Shown one piece after another: positions 1-11,630 of a DNA stretch of 64,000 nt (positions are counted from its first letter, which is position 1; each line of letters opens with the position of its first letter). The position numbers and the translations under genes are program-made. The DNA comes from Coniocarpon cinnabarinum (lineage: Eukaryota), in the NCBI GenBank assembly GCA_051942205.1, contig JAVECO010000005.1, positions 186,001 to 250,000 on the forward strand. The letters run 5' to 3'. The notes under the pieces are model-generated. The model was not told where the DNA came from. It worked only from the letters and a program-made list of their open reading frames with translations, and did no database searches.

Positions 1-245
1 AGGGGAGGATTGACAGCACATTTGGTCAAAGATGACGCGACATAAGTGAACCATGGTTCATGTTGATGGCCCCCTCCATCTTTGAAAGGCAGGCGAGCCA
101 ATTGACAGGCAGCTGCGATCTCGTCACATCAAGTGATGCGGTTGGTCGAGCCATCACAAAGTTTGTTATGAATCACGGCTGTATCAACACTCTCGTTCGT
201 GTGGCCCATGCACATTCATGCTCCGCGGTCATTTCTTGTACATAT

Positions 246-2254
246 TCACGCTTCGCCATCACTCGATAGCTCAGCTTCAGTCAATGGCTCCGAGACTGGC
301 TCGTCCTCGTCCCACCTCTTGAACCGCATGTTAACGCTTTCTGCGAGAGGCTGAGCAGTGTATGTGTCTTGCTGGCCAAGCTGCGGTGCTTTCACAGGTT
401 CGTTGGTGTTGATTGCAATGTGATTAGACGACCAAGCATGCTGATTTTCAAATGTCAGCTTCAATTCTTTATTAATCTTGAATCCAAGAACTGTCTGATC
501 CAAACCTTCGTGACGCGCTTTAAGGTCGCCAATTTCGACGAAGCTGAGCTCAAAGTCCAAAGGGCGTGGCTTACCTCGTAGACACTTTCCTCGACCCTCC
601 TCTCGTCCAACGATATCAGCTCTGTCCGAAAACAGCTCACCACGCTTGCAACTATTGCCTTCATCTGAAGCATGGCAAGATTGCTGCCAATACACATTCG
701 ACCGCCTGAGCCAAAGGCCCAAAACCATCGATGCATATCTTTCAAGAACTCCGTCTCTTGATCTTGTGTCTCGAAAGGCTTTTGGCCCTCGGGCCGATAA
801 CAATAGATGTCCGCTGCAAGATGTGGGTGCACAAAAGGATTGAGCCATCGTTCGGGAATCCATGAATCAGGGTTCGGGAAGACATCGGGGTTGTGATGCA
901 AGCAATATGCATTGGCCGATATTCGCACACCAGCTGGAATACCTGCATACGGACCAATTCTGTTGTCTTGTAAACGCTTCCCTTTCGGCGTGACACGAGG
1001 TTGAGGACCAGGAATGGCAGGGTGACGTCGCAAAGTCTCCATGACGACTGCATGTAGAAGCGGCAGGCTGTCAATAGATTTAGCTGAGGGCAGGTCAGGA
1101 GCTGAAGATGCAGAAGCCGGCAAACTGATGGGCGGGTTCAGAGTCTGCAGCTCAGCGCGTAGGCGAGACTGGAGACACGGCCTGATAGAAAGTTCGTAGA
1201 AGAGAAACGTCAGAGTGATTCCCGAAGTTTCATGACCAGCTGATAAATGATCCAGCATTTCAGATGCTATCTGCAGGCGTTGTGAAGCACCTGACAATTT
1301 CAATGCGCCAGGGTCCAGAGACTCTTTCTCAAGCTGCGTCCGAAGTTGCGCATAGACTACTGGGTGATCCGGAGCAGTGCTTGTGTCGCCCGTAGGAATC
1401 TTTTCAGATTGTGCGAGAATATTTTCTGCATCATCACATCGGCGCAGACACCAGGCCTCAAGATCGTGATTGGCAGCCGACACCCACTTTGGACTCAGCC
1501 GTATCCCACATCTGGCAAGGGTGTTTGTGAGTTTGGGCATCTCTTGCGGCCAGAATGTGTGCGCTTTGCGGCTCTGGTAGCGGGTAAGCCACCACCGCGC
1601 TTCATCTGGGTTGCGTAGGAAATTTGAACCGCTGCGATATCCCAGCAGGTATCCAGTCACGATGTCCATTGTTACACTTTCGGCAATCAGACGAATGTTG
1701 GCGCCGGCGCCCATACGCTCCTTGACTTGCAGCAGGGGCAGAAGTCGCCCATAGATGACATTCTTCGCAACCAGGGTCATGACGGGTGAGGATTGTAGAT
1801 ACGACTTTGCGTAAACATTGGTCATCATCCTCTTTCTAGCCGAGTGTGGGCCGCTGGCCATGGTGCTGAACATGATTTCAACCCCATCGTAATTGGTGAA
1901 AAGATTTGGATACCAATCCGGCTTTTCGAAACCTCCCGCATAAACAGTGCGCAGACCATTATCGACACTGTTCACCGAAATTTCGTTTGGACCAAGCCGA
2001 ATCACATCGCCGAGGCGGCGGTGAGCGTCGAGAAGGGTGTGGTTCTCGTGGAACTGGTGTCGAACATAATTGATCCATAGCGAAGAGAAAGGTGCAGAGG
2101 GATGAGCAGGGGGAATATGACGGAGAGGCGAGTACAGGATACGGAGTAGCCGTTGAATGCAGAGAGCACAGACGGCGAGAAGAGCAGTAACGATGAGAAG
2201 GGGCCAAGAAGGGTTATGGTGGCTCAAGGCAACTCCCAATTGAGGATATGCCAT
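246..2254 (-). CDS. Cytochrome P450 monooxygenase (exons 2254-575 and 440-246)
   Basis: N-terminal TM anchor, I-helix AGHETS, K-helix ETLR, PERW and heme motif FGSGGRMCIG. A GTAAGC donor at 574 and a GCTGAC...CAG acceptor at 441 join in frame to a last exon with a P450-type C-terminus (QQDTYTAQP). Confidence 0.93.
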
Positions 2255-3186
2255 AATTTTACGAATTGGGAGAACCCGCAACTGGTACTACGCCCAGCGT
2301 TACGCAAAGCGGATGCTCGGGATGGACCTGGTCATGCAACGTTCATGACAATCTCTCCTTAGCTTGATTGGGGTCACAGGTACTGGCTGCCCAATGGTGG
2401 CGCTGGTGGGCGGGAGGTGAGGTTCAATGTTGGGTCGTAGAGGGAAGACACCGGCCTCTGCGGACCATTGACCAAAAGCGTCGGTGGCAAGGCGCAGCCA
2501 ATCGACTGCCGTTAACACGCAAGCACCGGCCGAATCAGCTGGTGTACAGGTGCCTAATAACTGATAGACCTTATACAAGCGTCACTCGTTATGCTGATCT
2601 TCCTGTATCTGCAACTCGTATGGCTTTCTACCGAGTTTGCCGAACATGCATCAGCGCCTGACCGGTGTGAGCAAGTCCGACATCCGAGGCAGGCACGTGA
2701 TCTTGAAAGGACAGATTCCATCTTGCGGTGTCATGATTACGCCTCGAGTCGCTCCGCGCCAGCCCCTCAACCTGCATTAGCGTCAGCTGTCGACGAGGGA
2801 CGCATCGGAGGATTGGCAAATGATTGGCCCCGCCTCCTCCCCTCGATCTGTTTCACGAGCAACAAACACCGCTCTCGGGCGTCCATGCCCAACCGGTCGG
2901 ACATCTGGGTCCTGTCTTCAATGTCCGCCATCATTGCACGACAAGGCAAACGCGACCGCCGGCTGACACGCATCCAGCAAACAATGTCAGTCAACTAAGA
3001 GCACCATTTGCCTCCATTCCATGCCGCGACTATCCAGGATTCGCAACCACAGCAGCACTTTTGTGGGCTATGCCTGCCTCTCCAAATCCATCCAGAGATC
3101 CACACGCCTTCGCAATATTGTAATCGCCCACTTTGCAAATCCCCCACAGGCTTATGGTCCTGCGACAAAGCCACGTCCATCCCGCC

Positions 3187-4976
3187 ATGTCACCAGAGAC
3201 GCGCCACGAACCGACAAGCCCCCAGCTCGACTTTGATCACACACCATCCCTCGCAGCTTCCTTTGACGACTTTGCCAATGACAGTTCGCCCGAGTTCCGT
3301 ACCTCACCCACGTTTCAAATGCCTTCCCAGCACTCAGGCTTTCGAAGCTCAAGTCTGGCCGACGAACGACAGTCTGAAAGAGAGTCATCCATAGACAGCT
3401 CTGTGAGCCCGTGGTCTCCGCCCGCTTGGCGTCAGCGCGCCAGTGGTCTCTTCCAGCAGCATGAAGGTATAGGCCCTTCAACGGTCGTGCGCAAAGGACT
3501 TGGCAGCCCGCCTCGGAGTCGAGAAGACAGTCCACTGCAATACCGAAGTGACTACCACGGGGGAAGCGTCGAGCCTGACGAGTACAATCAAGCCATGCGC
3601 GTGCCTCTACCGGAGAGTCCAGAAAAACAGCGGAGTCCTAGTCCCAGCCCTGCTGCTGAAGGCGGCGCAGAAGAGGTAGCGGAAGAAAGCCGGGACAGAA
3701 CAAGCAATTGTACGTTCGGCACTGCCAGTGCTCTTGGCCATGGACCTCTAATTTGCTGATAACAACTTTCATAGATGTTCGCTTTTCAGTCCGTGCCGAC
3801 GTCCAGCACCGCACTGATCCCCTCGACGCCCTCCTCCTCTACTGGCACCGCTGCACCAAGACCTGGTCATCTCTCTTCTTCTCCGCTGTATCTGCGCTTT
3901 CAATAGCACTTATCGCCATACACATCACTCGAAAACCTAGCCATGGGCCAGGTCCAGACCTCATCCAAGCCACGGGCCTCGCTCGATCCTTTGAGCCCAT
4001 GATCTTATACGCAGAACACGGCTCTAAGCAAGTCTCCGCCTTACATGACACCTCCATCGCGGTCTGGGACCTGGGCGAGTCTGTCCGCCTCTCCAACATG
4101 ACATCCGCCCCGATAATCGTCGCCGAGCTCGACGCACTCAGCAGCAGTCTCCAGAGCCTCGGCGACGAACTCACCACGTTCTTTGCAACTATCAACGGCG
4201 ACCTCGACAATATCCTCCTCGCAATGGAGTGGGCCTACCGCGAACTCTCTCATACCATCGATCGCGACCCCTCCCAGATCTCCGGCGTCATCGATAACCT
4301 CTCCCACCTCTCTGTGTCGCTTTCCCGAGGCGTCCTTCCCCATTTCTCACCTATCGTTCATGAACTTCTGGGCCTCCAGAACTCTTACCACGGACAGCGA
4401 CTCGTCCTTGCTCGCACGTTCACAGAGTATCTCGCTACCTTCGAAGACTGCGTCTCTGGCGAACTCACCCACGCGCAAAACATCTTCGCCCTCTTTAGCG
4501 CCACCGAGAAACAATTCACGAATCTGCAACGCGCCATCGCGCGCGAAGCATCCACGCAAGAAACCCTCTCCGACGCCGAGCTAGCTACACTCTGGTCCAA
4601 GCTCTTCGGCCGATCGTCCTCGTCAATGTCGCGTCTCCGGAAATTCGAGCGCAACAAAGATTTGTTAGGGGGTCTACGTGACCGGACCGTCGGCCGCAAA
4701 AAGGAGCTCAGTCAGGCGAATAGTCATATCCTGAGTATGAAAACGAGTCTGGATACGTTGAGAAGAAGTCTCATGAGTCCGTTGATCAAAGCGGAGAACA
4801 CGAGTAGTGCTGGCATTCGCGAACAGATTGAGGGTGTGGCGGGCACGTGGCGGGCGTTGAAGGGCGTGCGTGAGCGGCAGAAGCAGGGGTTCTTAGGGGC
4901 TCTTATGGGGAGTGAGAGACGCTTGCCTACCATTGGAGAGGAGGTGGGGGAGATAGTCGGAAGGGGGTTGATGTGA
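3187..4976 (+). CDS. Conserved fungal hypothetical protein: S/P-rich N-terminus, one TM helix, long helical/coiled-coil C-terminus (intron 3710-3774)
   Basis: ORFs 3133..3759 and 3708..4976 are joined by a GTACGT...GCTGAT...TAG intron. Hydrophobic segment SLFFSAVSALSIALIAIHI; coding-like codon bias. Confidence 0.8.
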
Positions 4977-6010
4977 GAGTTGTTGACACTGGGTTAATGT
5001 GAGGTTGGAATTGTACTGACCCAGGATATTTTATGGATTTGGGACGTCGTGATTTGGTCTGGGCTGACCCAATGTGTTCCGCTTGCTTTGGAACATCCGG
5101 ATTGGGACGTTCGGTTGGTTCAAGCTATCGACGTATGCTTGATGCTATTCGTCTGGCATACCGGCGCGTGGTGTTTGTATGAGATATGAAGCATGGACTA
5201 TGCAACAGCAATATGCCGTACATGAATTACATTAAATAGATGAATCATGCATGACACGCTACACTCCAGCGCAATGATTTCATTCCATTTGACGTCAACG
5301 CCCCTTTTCCTTGAAAGTCATGATTTATTGCCTTGACACTCTCGGTGCAGCGCTGATACTAACTTTACTGTACTTGCATTAAGAGATTGGGCGTTTCTTG
5401 GGATAAGAAAATAGAATGGCGTATGTGCTACTACCTCGCTTGACGCACAAACACCTTTCATTCCTAATGAATGTTAAAACCGTGAGCTACTCTCGTCTCA
5501 GTCAGAAATACACTCTTGCCACTTCAGTCGCAGACATAACGCACCTCTCAGAATCTCGATCAAGATGGTGAATCGCTGAACAGCTGGCGCGGCAGCCGTT
5601 GAGGCACACGTCCTGTCGCGGGCGCGGGCAACAGCTAAAACGGGTGATTCAGCTTCGATGTCTCTGACCTAAATTTAGAAGAGTACAGGAGTATTTACAT
5701 ACATTTGTAGCTCGGGGTATTAAGGATATCGATGAGTGCGGCTGATGAGGAGGAGGATGCAAGGGAAATGAAGGCCAGAAGAGGAAAAGCTTGAGGCAGA
5801 GATTGGAACAGGACGCTTGAGTAGGAGGCTAGAGCAGGAGGCTTGAGCAGGGCGCTGTTGAGCGTGGAAGAAAGGTTCCTAGAAGACACCGGGAAGAGGT
5901 ATTATGATGCTAAAGCTGGATATTACTTGATGCGAACAGCAGCCACTCCGGGTTTTGCAACCTCAATACTTTTAGAGATTGCAACTCATATTTAATCGGG
6001 TCAAGAGCTC

Positions 6011-6126
6011 GAATGTATCCAACTCACAGCAAGTGTCATGACCAAAGTTGTTGCCGGATATCGGTCTAGAATGTATCCGAATCCCCGCAAGTGTCATCAT
6101 CAAAGTCGTTGCCGGATACCAGTCTA
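6011..6126. repeat. Two imperfect tandem copies of a 58-bp unit
   Basis: GAATGTATCC...GCAAGTGTCAT...CAAAGT.GTTGCCGGATA...GTCTA at 6011-6068 and 6069-6126. Confidence 0.9.
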
Positions 6127-7883
6127 GGCGAGTGTGCAATAAGAAAATTTAGGTCGAAAAGTTATGGATAACCGGCAAAAAGCTGCTGTAACTTATCAGT
6201 CGCTGAATCAAAGCGGCAAGTGCTGCTCTGCTGGGCTCTCGACGGTCGTTTATTTGACGAATGCATCATCTTTCAACGACTTGACAGTCCATTCGAACAC
6301 AAAGCGTTATTCGTGGCGTTGGCGAGCCTGAAAATGTCGGCATCGTAGTGCAGATGTTCAGACTAATTCCGCCACTCGTTATCTTGTAAAGTAAAGAGTA
6401 CCAACATATTTTCTGCTTGTCAATTATAGCTGGGATTTTGGTGATCGAATCAACTGACACTGTTGAAACCCGATTCGATCCACGGCGGAGAAGACAATGA
6501 TTGTTTTGTGATCGACGTGTATGCCTATTTATCTTTTAGTCCTTCATTCAGACGTGTGCGTCATAATTTGTACGCGAAATGGAAAGCAACTTCCTGCTGA
6601 TTGACAAAATATGTATCAACACGCTAGGCTCACTGAACAGAAAGGAATGCAGGGTTGAATCCCAGTCAGACTAAAACGGTTGGATTACCTAAGTAACTTT
6701 TGACGCGGACAATAGGCAGAGATTCTTCTTTCATTGTCGTGTCTTTCGGGTGGTAGAATGTGTTTGTTGTTTGTGCAGATGTCAAGGGTCAGCAACGCCT
6801 CAACATCCAGCAATAGGTCATAAAGCATAATTAGGTCGTACAAGCCATAGTGTAAAGGACTATTCTTACTACATCCTTTGAACGCCTTTGTCAGGAACGT
6901 ACTACAGTTAGATTGCTCGAGCAGGAGCGCACCCCATGTAGATGCATAAAAATGACTCCAGAATCAAACGATTGAACCAAGTCTTTGGATCTTAGGAAGA
7001 TAGTGTGATATTTGCGCTGCGGCGTTTGAGCCACGATTTATGGTGCCATACTGGACATCTTCGAGAGGCCTCGCGACATGTGTTTGTGGGCCACGTACAG
7101 TTTCTGAATGCTTAAATGTACTGGACATCGACATCTGGCTATGGATATATCAGTACATCATGGGAGGCGAAAGCTGACTTTCTAAAAGCTTTATGAGCTG
7201 CCCCTGAGAGTCCTACGGTGTGGTGTACTCAGCTTTACGGCCGCATGAGCGTCACACGCATTGGAAGCCGTGCTCGAATGCGCCCAGCCCTCTCACAAAG
7301 CACGAGGCGAAATTATCATCGTTGCACACGTTTCAAAACTTGCCACGCTTTTCTTCGAGCAAACATGGACGTGGCGCCTTCTAAATTCGTCTTGCTGCCA
7401 AATTGCAAAGACGTTTCGCAGCTAGAAAAGCGGCCGAAATCTGGTGGAAAGTATGTCTTCATTCTTCGTTGCATTCATTTTCACTTGTGGCTGTTCCTGG
7501 CTGCTGTCCTTTGGTATCCCCTTTCGTGGAAGTATCTGATTTCTGGTTGAACATTGTTAAAGTGGTTCTCGTCGTTGTCATAGCAGCTGGTCCTGCTTGT
7601 GACGGTGTTCATGTGTGAGTGCTCAGCTCCAAGTGCTTCGTCAAAAAGCTTTGCTCCATCTGCACACGTCATCTGCTGTTAGAGCTGATTTTGACTGACA
7701 GAAGACATTGTAGGTATATTCTGTATGTCTTCGCAGCTGTGCCTGCGTTAAGTCGCGGCAGCACACCACTGGCTGGGCTGGCATGCCGTCGCATCTGCAC
7801 AACGACATCTGCCACGACGTGGACTGCATTATCCAACAGTAGCCATCGCTACTTACTACATTCAAAATTCTCTTTCCGCAGAC

Positions 7884-9023
7884 TTGTCTTTCCACTTTGA
7901 TAGGATTTGGACCTGCTCATCCGCAAGCGTTTGTGCTGACTGTATAACAGGTTGCAAGATCCCCAAGATATCCCATCTTCCGGCAAAGACAAGATGGATT
8001 CGCAGAAGAAATCGAAGTAGAAGGGAGAATGGTAACGAGAAAGCGCCAAACATTGCTACCTCGCCGGATGGCGGTCGAATACTTATCCCGGAACCAATCC
8101 GTGACGCGACCGGCAGACCGCGCGCCCATTCCAATCACGACCTTACTAGGTCTCAGCTTCGTGAAGCGTTCGAACACATGGCCGAGTACTTGAGAGCTCA
8201 AAGTCTCGATCTGAAAGTGGTCACTGTTGGGGGAGCTATCAATGTTTGCCTCTTTGAAACGAAGCAAATCACCCATGATGTCGACATATTCAGCTGCAAT
8301 TTGACTAGGGGGCAACTCAAAGCGCTTGAAGCGGCTGCACACGAAGCCAACAGGCGCTCCGGAGGCCAACTTGGCTATGGCTGGTTTAACAATACAACAA
8401 TCCTCTTCTTGACAGAGGTACGCACACACCTACCTCATTTGCGCGGCACGGCGGCTTTGTTCAGGGTCGGGTGTGCAAGAGCGTCGAAATTTCGCATGGC
8501 AGGCCTGATGATGATTGAGTAGTAGCCCCAACTCGGTCGTTCGTGCCATTTGGAGACATAAGAAGAACCGTGCGCTTGCCCAAAGTGCAGGTCACCTTGG
8601 CCAACGCCCAAAATTGTTTCAAATAAGAACTGACCAGTGACGCAGGCTAAAGAAGCAGTGGTAGTCCAAGAAGCAATGCGACAAAGCATCACGATATTCA
8701 AGGAGCCAGGTTTGACAATTTACGCGGCACCGTGGATGTTGTGTCTCTGCGGCAAGATCGATGCGTTGGCTCAATGGTTGCGAACAAAGCCTAAAGAGAT
8801 AGACCTCAATGACGCAGTGCATTACTTGAGGAGGCTGGTGAAAGATAACGGCGACCGTCCTATCAGAGCATCAGACATTCGGAAGGCTGCACAATGGTAT
8901 GACAAGAAGTGTAGAGTAACCGAAATGAGTTGCATTGACAACGAGTATAAGCGTACTTTTGGTCGAAAAGGGATTGTCGGAATTTCCGCACTGAGGTTCT
9001 TCAGAGCCTGGCGGTCAGGTTGA
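7884..9023 (+). CDS. AbiEii/MenT-like (DUF6036/DUF1814-type) nucleotidyltransferase-fold protein; intron 8418-8645; 5' end unresolved
   Basis: Motifs VVTVGGA...THDVDIF, GWFNN, YAAPW and C-terminal GKIDA...KEIDLNDA. A phase-0 GTACGC...ACTGAC...CAG intron fuses ORFs 7884..8522 and 8637..9023 in frame. Confidence 0.75.
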
Positions 9024-10414
9024 GGCGACGATGGAAAATCTGAAAATTGTAGCATAATGCTGTGTCCTTCATCTGAGATATATACCCGGCGTCTGGAGCT
9101 CTATGTCTTTAGCTTTGAGGTTCGGATCCCTTGTTTCATCATCGAAAGATATGTAAGTCTCGCCATGATGCGTAGGGTCAAGCTTGGGTCTCGGAAAGCG
9201 GCAAGAGTCACGGGCCAAATCATTCCCAGACCATGTTCTCGGCGACGAGCCCGTACGATGAGATCGACTCGGGCGACAAAGCTATGAGTACAACGGCGAA
9301 AGGTCTATCTGACCCTTAAGCGTTGAATTAGAATGCGGCAAGCACTTTCGTACAAGGGCCATGGGGTCAGACCCTGCGGAACTAGCGAGGCATCTCTTCA
9401 TATTGTCTGACAGCTGAATCAAGATTGCCAACTCTTTCAAGGTCATCGTCTGTCAGTGTTGGCGGTACGTTACGAGATACCGCCGTCCGATGAACTCATT
9501 GAATCTCTCGACCATCAATGCAGGTGTGGCAGCCAGAAAGACGTCTCAAACTGGATCTGTGAAAGCTAATTAACAGGCTTTTCACGTCGTCAAAGAAGAC
9601 CTGAAAGTTTGTTGCGGTTGCCGGTGGCAGGGCAATGGATTCATAAAGCTGATAGGGCAGCGAGGGGAGTAGCACCGTTGGGATCCTCTCTCTCGCCCTG
9701 GGACCATGTGTCTCCTCCATTGCTGGCATATAACGTACACACAGCGGTTGCGGTTCGCCATAATCTCATCAAGCAAATTAGGTGGAGCCTTCAGCATTAA
9801 TTCCTTCTGTGTAAGCTCAGACAAAGTATTGACAGGAGCGTCAGTGACTTGGTTTGTACTTGACCCACGTCGCCAGCAATTCTTGATAGCTTTGAAAAGG
9901 TCCATGGGGGAGATTGTGGATATGCTAGATATTATGAAGAAACTCTTCGTCGATCTCCGCTCGAAAGTATTTAGTGATGGCACGTGACACAGCAGCTAGT
10001 GGCACATGCGTGGCTGCTTCCCATTCTGAGCCCCTGGAAAGGCCGGTCAATTGAGACCACCTCGATCGACAATCGTTCTTGGCGTGGTGCCGCAAGTTCT
10101 GGGCTTTGCTTCTCCCTCTAGCCCACTATAACATCGTCTCCGTCCACATTTTCAAACCAAGGTTTATTTGAAGCGACCCAACGCGTGGTTTAATGTAAAC
10201 CCCCTTTTCCTAGGGCTCAAAGGGAAGCTCATATGATTGAAACAGTCGCGCTAGAATGCGCGCATCCCATATGCCGTCATGTTCCTCGTTTCATATGAGG
10301 CTCGTGACATGTGCGTACACCAAGCTGTGGTAAACTTCAATATGTCGTACTCCTGTCTCGACGGGTGTCTTAAGATTCAAGTATGCTTGGGTGTGAAGAG
10401 GCCGATGTAGAGAT

Positions 10415-10880
10415 CTATCCTTGTCTGTTCATTCATCAGCGCTAGTTTTATAAAGGGAATTCGATTCTTTCTCACCTTTGCTTGTGCTTCGGATTCTTGC
10501 TACAGATTATGTACACATATCGACCCTTTCTTTTCACGCTCTGCCAATGGTTCGTCAGTCTCTTCCTTGCAAGCGCAGCTGATATCGAAGAAGATTCCCA
10601 ATTATGCCATGAGGCAAGGCGGAAGAGATTCGTTAAAACTGACCTTGCACCCATCGCAAAGCTTCTTGACAGATGCTCTGACCTTCATTCCGCGAAATTG
10701 ATGGCAATATGCCCATGGTCGTAATGCTTGAGAGCTCTTCAGGATGGGTACTTGAGGTGTGGCAGTTGGGCGAAGGGGCGATGATGTGCGAGCTAATGTT
10801 GTGAAGGAAGATGATGCCACGCGTGGTGAGATCTTTGGGGCACGAAGGACGTTGCCGGTCACGAAGCGCACAAGAGACAT
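10415..10880 (-). CDS. RTC6: Mitochondrial ribosomal protein bL36m (3 exons)
   Basis: Presequence followed by GMKVRASVKKLCDGCK|SVKRKGRYVYIICSKNPKHKQR|QG*. Introns at 10643-10541 and about 10475-10425. Confidence 0.95.
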
Positions 10881-11079
10881 CGTGATTGCAGAGATTTGAC
10901 AACGAAACAACGTAGTGCAATTGGCAATCGAAGGAGGCTGTACCTAGGCCAGCGTCGATGTGACAGAATCGGGGGCAGAGATTGACGTCGATGTTCGCGC
11001 AGTGCCACGATTTCCACTTTCATTGTCTGGTCTTACATAATAAGGGCGAGTAGTAGCTTCGGTCTAATTTTTACTGTCA

Positions 11080-11630
11080 TACACTTCTGCTCCATCTTCT
11101 CGCAGTGAGCTCTGAATGCATTGACGGAGGCAAAAGCTTTATGAACGACATTTGAAAGTCGGAGGTCAATGTGTTGAGCTGCACCGTTCTCCGTAAAAAC
11201 TCTGCCACAGCAGCGACTCAAGACTGCAGACCCATGGTAGTAAACCCCTGGCCAGGTCGCTCACTGGCAGTCACCGCCGTGATATTCAAGAGCTGATCTG
11301 ACGTTGTGAATCTTTTGTTAGCTTGAAGGTCCAGAAAAGATAGTGCTTTCTGCCTTCTTCATACATCATCGTGAGCTCACCTGACCGTTCCCCATCTTCC
11401 CCATCTTCCTCATGTCATCCCTACCTGTGAGGCTGAAAGTCTAACAGGAGCTGGGTGAGTATATATTTTCAAGTACAATTTTATCATCTCGGGGAAGTAG
11501 CTGGAAATTATTCTGCCATAACTCTTGCACGCTAGGTCTGGGGCCCCGGCTTTGCGTGTGAGGGTGTGGCTCTTCCCCTCTATAAAACTATATATCCGGC
11601 CGCCAGTTCGATTCCCAGAGCTTGCGGCCC
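11080..11630 (+). pseudogene. Possible heavily degenerate cytochrome P450 C-terminal relic
   Basis: Ordered fragments in shifting frames: LLHLLAVSSEC, RLQTHGSKPLAR, VLSAFFIHH, GLGPRLCV*G, ALPLYKTI, RQFD, with stops and frameshifts. Confidence 0.3.

Noticed and set aside
6011..6126. CRISPR-like array
   Set aside because: Two contiguous copies with no spacers or cas genes, in eukaryotic DNA.
8508..8633. ATGATGA...CTGA in the 228-nt NTase intron as a C/D snoRNA
   Set aside because: The CTGA is the branch site, there is no terminal stem, and I saw only about 8 nt of rRNA complementarity.
9496..9983. 133-aa minus-strand ORF
   Set aside because: No recognisable motif or consistent splice model, so it cannot be supported as a gene.
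11600..11620. GTTCGATTCC T-loop-like motifs (also at about 33202 and 6652)
   Set aside because: No acceptor, D or anticodon stems around them, so not tRNAs.
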